Of a stretch of DNA of 56,823 bases, positions 10,401 through 20,654 are shown piece after piece; position 1 is the stretch's first letter; each line of letters opens with the position of its first letter. Source of the DNA: an uncultured virus (IMG/VR IMGVR_UViG_3300017774_007351). Taxonomy: Duplodnaviria > Heunggongvirae > Uroviricota > Caudoviricetes. Position numbers and translations under genes: made by a program. Below the pieces are notes generated by a model, which made no database searches, was not told the origin of the DNA, and saw only the letters and a program-made list of their open reading frames with translations. The stretch lies in IMG/VR virus record IMGVR_UViG_3300017774_007351. One strand, written 5' to 3'.

Positions 10401-13400
10401 CTATTCGATATATTATTAGAGGTTTCTTTATTTTCAATCATATTCAATCCGGAAAGCTCATTATTATTAATAACTCCATCCTTGACCGATATGGTATCGT
10501 GTTGATCTACCACAACCATCTTTAAGGTAAATTTAGTACCAGCTAATGGTATATCTTTGAATTTTGCAAATGAAGCATCTAATAAGCTCATATTATTATT
10601 AGCAAAAATATTACGATGTAATGCTATTGACTCATCAGAGTATCCTATAGGTGATAATGTTGGTCTGAGTTTTTCTGTGTCATGAATAATATGTTGTTGT
10701 GGACAAATTACATCACTTATTTTATTGTAGTCTGTTGTAGTATTAAAAATACTTGCATTATCAGAAAAGCTCAAACTAAAATAGTATTCATAATTATCTA
10801 TCGTATCCCTATTTAAAAGATAAATTCTTTTTATATTCGTAGGTAAACCAGCAGGACTATGAAGACCGCTAATATTATTCATGTATGTTTGCATAAAAAC
10901 ATTAGAGTTAGATAATTCTGATGGTTGTATATAATTCTTAAAAAGCTTATCAGTATTAGGAGAGGATACACTAGACATATTGTCGTTTTGTACTTCTAAA
11001 TAAACAATAAGATTCTTGGGATTTGGATAATTTAAGAAATTTAACTTAACTTCAATATCTTTGATTCTTAGATCGTTTAGTTTAGAGCTATTCATGAAAG
11101 AATATGTTGCTGTTGGAGTGAAATCGCAAACAAAGTCAACTACAAGCTCTTCTGTCCTTTCCATTTTAAAATCATCAACACCTTCTTGTATTCCTCTAAT
11201 CTCATATAAATTTACATTTCTAAAACCATAATTAGGCTGATGCTGAGATGCACTAGTAGCATTAAAAGAGGTAGGAGAAATAGCTATTTGGCTAGAAAAA
11301 GTATTGTCTAAATTATTACCATTAAAATCAAAAGAAGATTTTAAATCAGTAAATCCATATCCTTTAAAAACATAAGACTTATAATCATCTGTTTGGTATT
11401 TTTTAACAGAAGACATGTTATAGAGTAGGGGGTCTGAATACTCTATTGAAGAACTAGGAAACCATCCGCTATTTGGATGAAAGTACCCCTTTTGAAATTC
11501 TAGACATCCAGTGACAGGAATTTCTTTAAGTCGGCATCTTCTATTAGAAACAGCTCCACCCATATCATTTCTGTCTATAAGGGCTGGCATATATGCTGGT
11601 GACGAAGAAGCTACTCCATTGGCTCCATCCCAGACAGTACCTACTGGAGACGAACTATAAACCATAGGAATACCGCCAACCATGATCGGATGATATGGAA
11701 TCTCTATTCCTAAAGTATTTATGACTTCTTGAGAATAGCCCCCATAACTGGATATTTTTGGAGAAAATGCTGTAGAAATTGTTGGAAAATAAAAGTTCAC
11801 CAAAGAACTTCTGGTCCAAGTAATATTATTCGTGGTTGTAGATTTATAGTATGAAGTTTGAGAATCGACTCCATCTCGATAATATCTGGCCGATCCAATC
11901 TGTTCTGGTATAGAAAAAGCGACATCTCTTTCTCTTTTGATAGTATCTTCATAACAACTCTTACAACTTGCAAAACTTATTAAATTTCCTTGACTATCTG
12001 TCCCGTCTCTATCTCTTAGATTCTCTATGCCAAGAGAACTTAATTTTACTACTGTATTATTTGGAATAATAGAAAACGAAAGGTCCGCATCACTATGATA
12101 TACCTCAGCTTTACTATATCCCTCAGTATCAATCTCTGAGAAATATGCTAAAGGAATTTTTTTATTAATACATCTTTCGTCTTTTTCAAAACCTGCATCA
12201 GGAGGCATCTCGCACACAAACATATCTGTATCTATAAACCAAATTAATCCTCGTTTATTTATTGCAAATTGTCTCATATTCGGACACATGGTCTTATATT
12301 CTGTAATAACAGTAGGATCTTCAGTTGGCTGAGGAACAATTGTTCCACCATTAACAAATATGTCTAAAGTGTCTGATTTTTTGATTGATGAAGATCTAGA
12401 CAAAACACAATCTACAGAATATAGTCCTGATTGTTTAAGATATATTATTGGATTTGCTTCGGTGCTAGTTCTTAGTCTATAAAAATTCGTCCCACCATAA
12501 AGTCTTCTATCGTATTTATCAAAATCTGAAAACTTTAAACAGTCTTTTCCTTCAGACAAAAACCACAATACATCATCTCCAACATTAGGTCCGGTTTTAG
12601 CATCTAAGGTTGTAATGTAATGTCTCTGTTCATTGCTTGTTCCCATAGTAATAATAACATCATCACCTAAGTCTAGTTTTACTCCATCTGGTTTTTTTAA
12701 AGTTACATCTGATAATGGTAAAAACGGAGTCATATCAAGGGTAGTATTATCAGGATTAATGTATTTAAATTGACATTCTGAATTATTATTAGCAAAATTT
12801 GCAGGATCAATAATATTATTAGTTTGAATTCTAATATTACCAAGAGATAGTAAAAAATTATTGTATATAGGAGTAGAATTATCACTAGTAACTATGTGTG
12901 ATGCATACGATCTTATACCAAAATTAAAGTACGCGTGAGCCCCGTTTTTAAGAAATGATTTATAGTCAAACTTTGCTGTTGTAGAATCAGCAAAATTTTT
13001 AATAGCTAAAGACGGCATATATTTTTTAATAAGTTTAGTATATAAGTCTGATTTAGATCTAATAATATTTGTTGATAGTGTTTGTTTATCTAAAAATACA
13101 GAAAGTGTTTTATAGTAGGTAAAAATAGTGTTAATAATATTTAATAGGTCTATTTTCTCATTAGTACTATTTGGCAGAATATAAGATGAGTATATTGTTG
13201 AATATAGAGTAGGCTCCGTTAAATAATTAACTGTGGTTCTGTCCATTAATGGAGCCGTAGATAGGAAATAACAGAGTTTTTTAAGTCTTGCTAACTGGGG
13301 CTTGGTTAAGTTATAACTACCACTATAGGACCGTACCTGTCTTATGGTTAAGCTATTATAAATAGACCTATATATGTCATATAGACATGGGGATAGATAA

Positions 13401-14242
13401 CTTCTGGAAACTAAATTAGTATTATTCCTTCTGTTTTTATCTCTATATCCATTATAAAAACCAAATGCTTCACCATTACTAATCCATAGTACATAATCGC
13501 TTAAGTTTGAATGCACACTATTTGTGTTACTACTAATTTTAAATATTTGATTAGGCGTACTATTGGCTATATTAGACAAATCAAAGGTTGGCTTATTTCC
13601 GTTTCTATTTATAGAATCAGTTGATAGAAGCTTGAGTGTTGAGTTATCAATTTTTATTACTTGATCATTAGCATTCAAAGTATATGTTTTAGTCGAATCT
13701 AAAGGGTCTGTATACGTTAGCTCTTGGGTAGTATATATTTTTGTTCCAGGTGGAATATCTGTAATTTTATAGGTTCTTAATGATACATCAGTCGTCTTTT
13801 TATACCAACACAACACACCATGATCAATTTGAACAGAAGATAAATCGGTATTTATAAACCAATCTAATGATAGATTAACCATATCCGATCCCTCACTTAC
13901 TATCCAATTTTTAAACTTTAGATCAGAAAAAGACATTATATTTTCTATGCCTAAAATTCTATTGTTAACAACATGTCCCATTAATATTTGTTTATTTAGG
14001 GTATATCCTGTGTCTATAATAGCTGGGAGCCATATATCGTCTATTGGGGTGGTTGGCTGATGACTATCTATAATAGTTTTAATTAAGTTTGTTCTAAATG
14101 TCCCGGTAGAATTACTGCTGTCTTTATAATACAGATCAAGGATATCGTTATCTGGCTCTTCTACAAGATCGTATGGCTGTAAATCATTAATAAAATATTT
14201 ATTGTAAATATTGCAGTTTTTTTTATCTCGTTGTAAATACAT
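7439..14242 (-). CDS. Very large tail/virion structural protein (2267 aa) with an interrupted proprotein-convertase P-domain-like module
   Basis: Lies downstream of the hub gene and is beta-rich. 'LRIKDIEVKLNFLNYPNPKNLIVYLEV ... GTKFTLKMVVVD ... SWELIV' resembles a P-domain with insertions. One hydrophobic segment, 'FMFFVPFFTIVGGLLAIF'. Confidence 0.6.
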   Translation of the reverse strand: MYLQRDKKNCNIYNKYFINDLQPYDLVEEPDNDILDLYYKDSSNSTGTFRTNLIKTIIDSHQPTTPIDDIWLPAIIDTGYTLNKQILMGHVVNNRILGIENIMSFSDLKFKNWIVSEGSDMVNLSLDWFINTDLSSVQIDHGVLCWYKKTTDVSLRTYKITDIPPGTKIYTTQELTYTDPLDSTKTYTLNANDQVIKIDNSTLKLLSTDSINRNGNKPTFDLSNIANSTPNQIFKISSNTNSVHSNLSDYVLWISNGEAFGFYNGYRDKNRRNNTNLVSRSYLSPCLYDIYRSIYNSLTIRQVRSYSGSYNLTKPQLARLKKLCYFLSTAPLMDRTTVNYLTEPTLYSTIYSSYILPNSTNEKIDLLNIINTIFTYYKTLSVFLDKQTLSTNIIRSKSDLYTKLIKKYMPSLAIKNFADSTTAKFDYKSFLKNGAHAYFNFGIRSYASHIVTSDNSTPIYNNFLLSLGNIRIQTNNIIDPANFANNNSECQFKYINPDNTTLDMTPFLPLSDVTLKKPDGVKLDLGDDVIITMGTSNEQRHYITTLDAKTGPNVGDDVLWFLSEGKDCLKFSDFDKYDRRLYGGTNFYRLRTSTEANPIIYLKQSGLYSVDCVLSRSSSIKKSDTLDIFVNGGTIVPQPTEDPTVITEYKTMCPNMRQFAINKRGLIWFIDTDMFVCEMPPDAGFEKDERCINKKIPLAYFSEIDTEGYSKAEVYHSDADLSFSIIPNNTVVKLSSLGIENLRDRDGTDSQGNLISFASCKSCYEDTIKRERDVAFSIPEQIGSARYYRDGVDSQTSYYKSTTTNNITWTRSSLVNFYFPTISTAFSPKISSYGGYSQEVINTLGIEIPYHPIMVGGIPMVYSSSPVGTVWDGANGVASSSPAYMPALIDRNDMGGAVSNRRCRLKEIPVTGCLEFQKGYFHPNSGWFPSSSIEYSDPLLYNMSSVKKYQTDDYKSYVFKGYGFTDLKSSFDFNGNNLDNTFSSQIAISPTSFNATSASQHQPNYGFRNVNLYEIRGIQEGVDDFKMERTEELVVDFVCDFTPTATYSFMNSSKLNDLRIKDIEVKLNFLNYPNPKNLIVYLEVQNDNMSSVSSPNTDKLFKNYIQPSELSNSNVFMQTYMNNISGLHSPAGLPTNIKRIYLLNRDTIDNYEYYFSLSFSDNASIFNTTTDYNKISDVICPQQHIIHDTEKLRPTLSPIGYSDESIALHRNIFANNNMSLLDASFAKFKDIPLAGTKFTLKMVVVDQHDTISVKDGVINNNELSGLNMIENKETSNNISNSLCSWELIVHTSDTKKFVADDVLGYINYDNSAVSYSGYSLIADLTDKKYMIPPINLNAPFPYISNVNSCRYVDDSESGRLMNYVKIEYPHGFMFFVPFFTIVGGLLAIFELQARLSAGGRGDPIVNMFLDIKYQTQQRELEAKYFQPVYNGGFGTADKAVILASKDKRQWFHMEVPIFKYDNCPVLKANKYKYLKLKKNLFLGKFNFKKIQSISEIINQNDIVATIIDPGQGLSGLSIISPSTFYTTKTVLILKEGDLVKVNNGTVNDIYSVSVGGWTLAPNLNSPKFLAVNKCINNTTLSKPYVLSRQLIIVDGARAYYFFDKTESVLIDSAANTIIDKALLLIDGHYKTVLTVSSPIDVNGGIISKSDTQANSILIYKDHITANDNIPVGKWSLNKTAEDRALNFQIDKHPSLWGEGSLGTGSSFLEPETFDRIGFKNNSIDETTTIFNNIDSSRIRYNSTIITSAIDQSVTVLTFNPDTDTKNNLLVGYSYSLYDFNLDNDTILVDQNIIDKVELDKIKAMIASKVTISHDNQNPLFMDLKSDKFKTIADSGEIIIENDYIVNNVLYHLSEKKKGILRVRVKIINKNITISQGEYNNMPSDPEKCTECPKQNKSQDIKALTNEKNTILNIIANSSSSNAWAYKNITMTNIDDTLTDQEVAHLDQYFELNSQGKTDAEVMDILELTEQEFARLQQAMPNQPVTITIQDKDYYWINIDKEQTCSVTEEASIKILKTVTYTCTPVVGNFIYAECNPVCGSNTNVVREIASGTDENIKQDPVSMTYTISAEKIAEEKAKYPTITEWITDNFYKSFFILCKGENGSGVDAKDILVTVVESYELPKNPVATSYKVKDVFNLDSDNSVYIKFKNIPRKIKTIDPTYEVYNYDYNGNLGKNIVPSPNGRVYNNFCVWQCFGFNDDQPVLDGDPFYGQQIEPPDFYKLQNEMIFRGFFGSVDGVENKNTKLANAKEMWEWIPYEYFNKPIIEP

Positions 14243-14252
14243 GTCAGATGTC

Positions 14253-17200
14253 CTATGAACTAATAGCTGTTAAGATCCATTTGCCTGATGTATATGTAAA
14301 TAATCCCTTTGCAGATTCGTCTGCTGGTATATTAAAATCTAAAGGATTATCAAAGGACACCTCCATTGTTGGGGCAGATTCTCCCTTCTTTATTCCATTA
14401 ATATACGACATAGTAACTGTGGCTCCACCTCCAGAGGTAATTATACCCATTACAACAAAACTGGGTTTACTTACTGGCTCATAAAATCCATTATCGCTAT
14501 CATATCGACATAATATTTTTGCTCCTCTTGGAGCAGTATATCCTGCTCTATCTTTTACGAATACAATACGTCTGTACCCACTATCTAATGGCTTAGTAGA
14601 ATACTCTAAATCGTCAAGAAAACCTCTTGCTGGATAGGTTTCGTCAACACCGTCTGCTTTAACTAAGTCTTCTTCTAAGGTCACATAAACCATCTTATAT
14701 ATGGAGCTTTGATTCATAGCAGTCCATACCCTACGATCCTCATCCCATCTCAAGTCTACTGGACCAACCGGCCAAATCTCAGGATGTTCTGCCCAATTAA
14801 GATAAAATTCATTTAGTTTTGTTTTTGAGCTCCAAGACCCATTAGAAAAAACTTGTGTTTTACCTATAATAGAGCCCTTATATGTTTCAGGGTCGAAGCC
14901 TCCATCTTGATTAAAATCATCTTTATAAGTTATTTTCGTAAATGGAGTATCGTCGGTTATTGCAAAAGGAGGTCCTGGATAGTTTCCGGGTTTATATTGT
15001 TCATTTATACTACTAACTTTTGTATACTCTTTATTATTAGCAACAAATATCTCTCCTACTGCTAAGTCTTTGTATTTTACACTAGGTGTTTCAATTCTAG
15101 ATAAAATGAATCTTTTTGGTCTCCCATATTGATCTAGATCAACAGGTTCATCAGCAGCATTTGGAACAGGATAGCCGTCTTTATCATATCCCCAACCATG
15201 AACTACTAGTGGTCCTCTTAGTCCTATAAATCTTTGATTATTCTCTGCGTTTGCAGTGCTATAGTTAGCAGCATCTATAGCTTTAAGATTCCTATTTGCT
15301 GTTAAGTCTTTATAATAAAAATCAGGATTATGATTATCAATTAAAGTATTTGGATTATCTATGTTCGATGTAATATTTAAACTTGGTTGTCTAACAGCTG
15401 ATCTTGCGACTATGGATATGCTATGTCTACGTCTATCAAAAAACCTTCTATCTTGTCCATTTATCTTTAAAGCTGGGTGCGCTTTATTTGGATGTTCTCC
15501 ACTATAACTTTGAGTATTTGGATTTTTAAATTCTGCAAATGGAACAACTATTGGTTGTAAACTCACTAAATTAATTGGTATACTACTTCCATCGGACGAA
15601 TTACTTGAACTGCTGGCAGAAAAATTCTTCATATTGGCCAGTGCTGATGGATCTGTCTTGTCTGTGAGAATATATGGAGGTAAAGATTCCGAAGAACCCT
15701 TAGATGTATTGCTACTACTATTGCCATATAGTTTAGAGGTTAGTTTATCAGAAGCGACAACACAACAATCACATAATATCTTATACTCTCCTACTGCAAA
15801 AGCAACACCATTGGTGGGATAGTTTTGATACTCCATTGTTCTAATTCTGGTACCATTACAAACTGGACATGTGGAGGAATCATATTTTGAAAAACTAAAT
15901 GTTCCTAAGTTATTTGTTGGATAAAAAGATACAGGAGAAAATATTCCATCTAGACTCATGGCAGCTTTACTGCCATAGTCTTGATTAATAAAATCATTCA
16001 ATTCTGTTAATTGAAAAATTTGTGCTGAGGTTCTTATTCTTGATCGATGCTTTAAAGATGCTGGCTGATAATTACTATTAAATGCTCCAGATGCAATATC
16101 TCCATCTCCTGCTTGATTCGCGTTATCGTCTCCGTCTTGAGAAGACGGTAAACTATAAGTTCCTGTATTTACTTCCCCAGGAGTAACATTACTTTCTTTG
16201 TCTTCTATATATGGTGCAGTTCTGACTGGTTCTTTTAAGAATGGCGAAGCTGCGGCGGTTATAACCTCAACAGGACTATGTCCTACTAATGCACTAGATG
16301 TTGTTGCTGCAACTCTGGCTTGGGAAGATATTGTTCTAAGCTCATTGTCTTTTCTATTATTAATCTGTTGTCCTAGTTTAGATATTTGCTTATCTCTTTG
16401 TAGATTCTCTTTGAAGATTTTCTTAAATCTATCAGAATATTCTTTATTAAATAAGCTTAATTTTCTAGTATATGTTCTAAAACTATATGATGTTTTTAAT
16501 CCGCCTCTTCCAATATCAACATTAATATGACTAATTATTGGGCCCGATAAGTAATTAGGATTATATGGTAATCTAATAATGTTATACATTAATGGTGATG
16601 AGGTATATGTCAGATCATTAGCAGAGGTTAGCTCACTAAATTCTTTGAAAGAGCGATTGGTGAAAATATTTGTTGTTCGTTTAACTTCGGTATAAGTATA
16701 TGTAACATATGTTGCTGCTGTAATTGGAAAAGTATTATTAAGGGCCTGACTATTAAATGCTCCACCAAGATTAAAAATAGGTAATCCTGGCATTTCAAGG
16801 CTCGCAGTTTCTAAAACTGACTGATAATTAATATTACTTTTAACTTCCTTATACGCTATTTGATCCAAAAAAGACATACCTCCATAATTCCATGGAACAT
16901 ACTCTGGATTATGCTCTATTTGTGTTGGTAATATCCAATTATCTATAGCTGTTTTAGCAAGATCTGTACCAACAGTTACTGTTGAATTAGTACAAGGATT
17001 TTTTTGATATAATGTCGAGCTTGGGAAAATATTATCGGTGGCTACATCTAGTGCTGGATAATTAATCCATGGACCATAATTAAATTGATGTGATTTAATC
17101 GGAATTCCAACAAAGAAAGGGTGGGCGACTTTGGGTTTCATATCCATGTTTTGAGCATTGGTGTCATGAGAAGCATTGCTCAAATTACCAAATAAATATC

Positions 17201-20200
17201 CAGGATACTGACTATATACCATTTGTATTCCGTGCACTAAAGACCTAACTATCTGACAGTCCCACTTACTTGACGGATTTACTCTCAAATAAACTGCTAA
17301 GTCTTCCATATTGATGGTAGCTTTGACTGTTCTATTAGGATCTTTTTGGTATTGCAAGCTAGAGAGATTGAGGTCAATACTTGTTTGGGCTTCAACTATT
17401 ATTCTTGGTTCAGATAGTTGTTCAGGATCTAAGAAGATAATTTTTTCCTGAACAGAAGCTTTGGTATAAAGTTTCTTTCTAAGAAAACCACGATTTAAAC
17501 CAAAACCATCTGTACTACCGACTGTTAATGTTTTTACTATATAGGAAGACGGGTCAGATAATGATCCTAGATTTAATGATGGATAAACAAAGTTGGAAGG
17601 TTCGCAATTCGTAGTTTTTGTTAGTTTAGTATCCTCCCACTCTGAATAAGAAAAATATGGATTAATTCTTTGTTTAATTTGTTCTTGAGTGAGTGGATGT
17701 CTGCATATATTATATCTGGGCATATCAAAAGTATCAGATGCATTATAACCAAGTATTGGTTTGATTAAACCTCTTTCGTCACTAAGATTATAGTAGTCTT
17801 TAGTTCCTACGATAATTGTATCATCGATAGTATTCCCATACTCTTCCCATGCCCCGTCATTAGTGGGGGTATAGTTATAGCTAATATCTGCCCCTCCCCT
17901 AAAGACATATGCGCTACCAAGTGCCGTAGGAAGAGTGCTATCGTAAAATTCGTCTTTCCTAGCTCCAAGAAATGGAGCATAAACCATATATTTTTTACCA
18001 TAATAATTTTCACCTAATTTAGCAATAAATTGTTGTAATACTTGAAAGTCTTGTCTTACTGGTTCTGTTATGAGTCCTGGTCCATCTGGTCTGCCAGCAA
18101 TATTAGACGTTGCTCCTAGCTCCTGATTTGCGACATTGTTAGATCCAAAATTCCAGCTAAAATCAGAATCTCTTTGAGCTATTTGTGCTGCTATTGTTGA
18201 ATCTGTTCCAGAGTTTACTAGTTCTGTATATCTTTTACTAAAATATGCTTCATTTAACATCAAATATAGGTCTGTTTTATATTTTCTACCACAAGAATAA
18301 GCCAAAAAATTATCTGGTCCGACCATTGCTGCTCGTATTTCAGATTCTGTAATTAAAAAATACCATTCTTTGGTAATTGTTGTGGGAACTAAAGCAGAAG
18401 GCGTATCTGGAGACGGATCCGGCGGATTTGGTGTTCCAAAAAGATCTGCAAGTCTTTTTTGCCATGTCCACAATCGTGGTTGTCTTGTCGATAAATTATA
18501 TCCTCCATATAAACCAGCAAGATCATGTCTGGTGGCTGGTAATTCTGATGCTCTAAATAAAACACATATCTGTCCTGTCCATGTATCCATAAAAACAGGA
18601 CGAACTCTTCGAAAATCTCTATTATTTAATCCATCAGTATTAAGAGATAAACTACTATCCATTATATATCCAAAAAATGGACAAATAATATCTCTATAGA
18701 GTGGGATATACCTTTGTAAGTGAGGCTTATTATTTTTACCATATCTTGTTTGTCTAGTATTTACGGTAGAATCTCTGGATACCGGTGTCATGCCCCAATT
18801 GGCAGGCACAGTATATGTGGATTCTAATGAACTATCGTAATTACCAACAATAGTGTCTACTCCACCATTAGTTATTTGCTTATCGTCATTCCATACAGGA
18901 TCAGTATCAACAAAGGTTTTACCAGAAACTGCCGTTTTTATATTTTCATCATCAGCAAATAATCCAGCTAGTGTTGGGTTGATTTGAGCCGATAGTATTG
19001 GATTTCTTGTTGATAAAAATACTGGAAATTTAACTTTACCATAACCAAAATTTGATGTAGAGGCTCCAACTTTGGACACTGTTCCATTAAGACACGAAGT
19101 AACAAGATAATGTCCTAATTGAGTATAGTCTACGAATCTTCCTCCTTCTTCAGAATCCATAAAAACATAGTTGCTTTGTGTATAAGCCAATCTATAAGAT
19201 TTAGCCTGATATAGTCTTTGCTGTGGCCCACCAACAATCATCATTCTTGCTGGATTATCATTCCTCTCTTTACCTATAGTGCTGGAAGTGATAGCATATC
19301 CATCGCAATACAACTTATTAATTGTGCTTTGTATCTGTCCTGCTACTGGTTGTTTTAGTCTTGATATTGTTTTAAGTTTGATGGTATTGTAAATTCGATT
19401 ATTGATTATGACTGGAATTAATTCTAAGCAATAATCATAACCAGTAGCTTCGGCAACACTATTAATAAATTCCATGATACTCATCTTGATGCCTTTTAGT
19501 CTGAACTCTTTCGGAGGTCTTGGTAATTCAGAAAGATCTAAAAGGAATTCACATCTATTACTGCCGTCTTCTGCATTAACTTGTGGTGGAATAACTCCCC
19601 ATCTGGTAAAATTAGTACCAATTGTAGTATAATCATAGGTTTGAGCGCACTTTGTTAATATTCTACCAAATGAAGAATATGCTGTTTTTGGTCCAAAATT
19701 ATTAAAACGACTATTTGCTCTGTTCTTTAGGTAATTATTTCCAGTTAAAGGCAAACTAGAAGTTAAAATACTTAAAGCGTCTATAACATCAACAGCAGAT
19801 ATTCCTTCTTCGTTAGAGTCTGATCCTCCGAAGTTTTCTGGAGCAGAAGATTCTAAGAAGCCGTAAACATTGAAAATATTTGCTATATTTCCCTCGTTTA
19901 TTTTTCCAGTATAGTCTAAACCTGGACCAACAAAGTTTCTTGGAGAACCATAATTACTAGATGAGTTATATTTACTAAATATTGATCCAGCAAATTGGGA
20001 TATTATTATATATGAATTATTTAATACGCTCTGCATACCATCAATAGTGACTCTATACTGCTTGCCTCCACTATTAAAGTCTTCTTGCCATGATTGTACT
20101 ATTCCACCAAAAGTAAAATTTCCCATTTTAAAATAAACAGGTGTACCAATAATATCATATCCAATATTATTTGGAAGTAATACGTTACTAAAATTTCCAT

Positions 20201-20651
20201 CAGTATCTAATCTATTTGGTGCTCCTAAAAATCCAGGATCTCCATATAAGTGGTATTTTGATACAACCGGGTCTATGCCACCAAGACTACTGTCAAAATT
20301 ATAATATACTTTTCCAGGAAGTATTTTATCTTCATCCTTTATCATACTGCCATCTGCTCTGAATGTTCCAACAAGACTACTAGACCATGTTGCGCTGGTC
20401 CTGCTGTCAAGATAACAAGCATCACCAGCACATGTATAATAATGATTATCATCAAAAGATGTTGGGGGAAATTGAGCTTGAGGATTTCCTCCTAGTAAAC
20501 AAGCTGCTGGACTATCATCTGCGGCAAGATTAACAGTTAATTGAGATGGTTGTCCTGACCATCCCATGTTAGAGTTATAACTTGTAACACTAGCTCCTAA
20601 AAAAATAGTCTGAGCTATAACTTTTGCTTCGCCGCCACTACAGGTGTTCAT
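14253..20651 (-). CDS. Tail tip / baseplate hub-like protein (2132 aa)
   Basis: N-terminal 'FLGASVTSYNSNMGWSGQPSQLTVNL...FTFGGIVQSW...YRVTI' resembles hub/Tal beta-barrel repeats. Later 'IISHINVDIGRGGLKTSYSF' is followed by a coiled coil. Synteny: downstream of the TMP. Confidence 0.55.
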   Translation of the reverse strand: MNTCSGGEAKVIAQTIFLGASVTSYNSNMGWSGQPSQLTVNLAADDSPAACLLGGNPQAQFPPTSFDDNHYYTCAGDACYLDSRTSATWSSSLVGTFRADGSMIKDEDKILPGKVYYNFDSSLGGIDPVVSKYHLYGDPGFLGAPNRLDTDGNFSNVLLPNNIGYDIIGTPVYFKMGNFTFGGIVQSWQEDFNSGGKQYRVTIDGMQSVLNNSYIIISQFAGSIFSKYNSSSNYGSPRNFVGPGLDYTGKINEGNIANIFNVYGFLESSAPENFGGSDSNEEGISAVDVIDALSILTSSLPLTGNNYLKNRANSRFNNFGPKTAYSSFGRILTKCAQTYDYTTIGTNFTRWGVIPPQVNAEDGSNRCEFLLDLSELPRPPKEFRLKGIKMSIMEFINSVAEATGYDYCLELIPVIINNRIYNTIKLKTISRLKQPVAGQIQSTINKLYCDGYAITSSTIGKERNDNPARMMIVGGPQQRLYQAKSYRLAYTQSNYVFMDSEEGGRFVDYTQLGHYLVTSCLNGTVSKVGASTSNFGYGKVKFPVFLSTRNPILSAQINPTLAGLFADDENIKTAVSGKTFVDTDPVWNDDKQITNGGVDTIVGNYDSSLESTYTVPANWGMTPVSRDSTVNTRQTRYGKNNKPHLQRYIPLYRDIICPFFGYIMDSSLSLNTDGLNNRDFRRVRPVFMDTWTGQICVLFRASELPATRHDLAGLYGGYNLSTRQPRLWTWQKRLADLFGTPNPPDPSPDTPSALVPTTITKEWYFLITESEIRAAMVGPDNFLAYSCGRKYKTDLYLMLNEAYFSKRYTELVNSGTDSTIAAQIAQRDSDFSWNFGSNNVANQELGATSNIAGRPDGPGLITEPVRQDFQVLQQFIAKLGENYYGKKYMVYAPFLGARKDEFYDSTLPTALGSAYVFRGGADISYNYTPTNDGAWEEYGNTIDDTIIVGTKDYYNLSDERGLIKPILGYNASDTFDMPRYNICRHPLTQEQIKQRINPYFSYSEWEDTKLTKTTNCEPSNFVYPSLNLGSLSDPSSYIVKTLTVGSTDGFGLNRGFLRKKLYTKASVQEKIIFLDPEQLSEPRIIVEAQTSIDLNLSSLQYQKDPNRTVKATINMEDLAVYLRVNPSSKWDCQIVRSLVHGIQMVYSQYPGYLFGNLSNASHDTNAQNMDMKPKVAHPFFVGIPIKSHQFNYGPWINYPALDVATDNIFPSSTLYQKNPCTNSTVTVGTDLAKTAIDNWILPTQIEHNPEYVPWNYGGMSFLDQIAYKEVKSNINYQSVLETASLEMPGLPIFNLGGAFNSQALNNTFPITAATYVTYTYTEVKRTTNIFTNRSFKEFSELTSANDLTYTSSPLMYNIIRLPYNPNYLSGPIISHINVDIGRGGLKTSYSFRTYTRKLSLFNKEYSDRFKKIFKENLQRDKQISKLGQQINNRKDNELRTISSQARVAATTSSALVGHSPVEVITAAASPFLKEPVRTAPYIEDKESNVTPGEVNTGTYSLPSSQDGDDNANQAGDGDIASGAFNSNYQPASLKHRSRIRTSAQIFQLTELNDFINQDYGSKAAMSLDGIFSPVSFYPTNNLGTFSFSKYDSSTCPVCNGTRIRTMEYQNYPTNGVAFAVGEYKILCDCCVVASDKLTSKLYGNSSSNTSKGSSESLPPYILTDKTDPSALANMKNFSASSSSNSSDGSSIPINLVSLQPIVVPFAEFKNPNTQSYSGEHPNKAHPALKINGQDRRFFDRRRHSISIVARSAVRQPSLNITSNIDNPNTLIDNHNPDFYYKDLTANRNLKAIDAANYSTANAENNQRFIGLRGPLVVHGWGYDKDGYPVPNAADEPVDLDQYGRPKRFILSRIETPSVKYKDLAVGEIFVANNKEYTKVSSINEQYKPGNYPGPPFAITDDTPFTKITYKDDFNQDGGFDPETYKGSIIGKTQVFSNGSWSSKTKLNEFYLNWAEHPEIWPVGPVDLRWDEDRRVWTAMNQSSIYKMVYVTLEEDLVKADGVDETYPARGFLDDLEYSTKPLDSGYRRIVFVKDRAGYTAPRGAKILCRYDSDNGFYEPVSKPSFVVMGIITSGGGATVTMSYINGIKKGESAPTMEVSFDNPLDFNIPADESAKGLFTYTSGKWILTAISS

Positions 20652-20654
20652 ATT

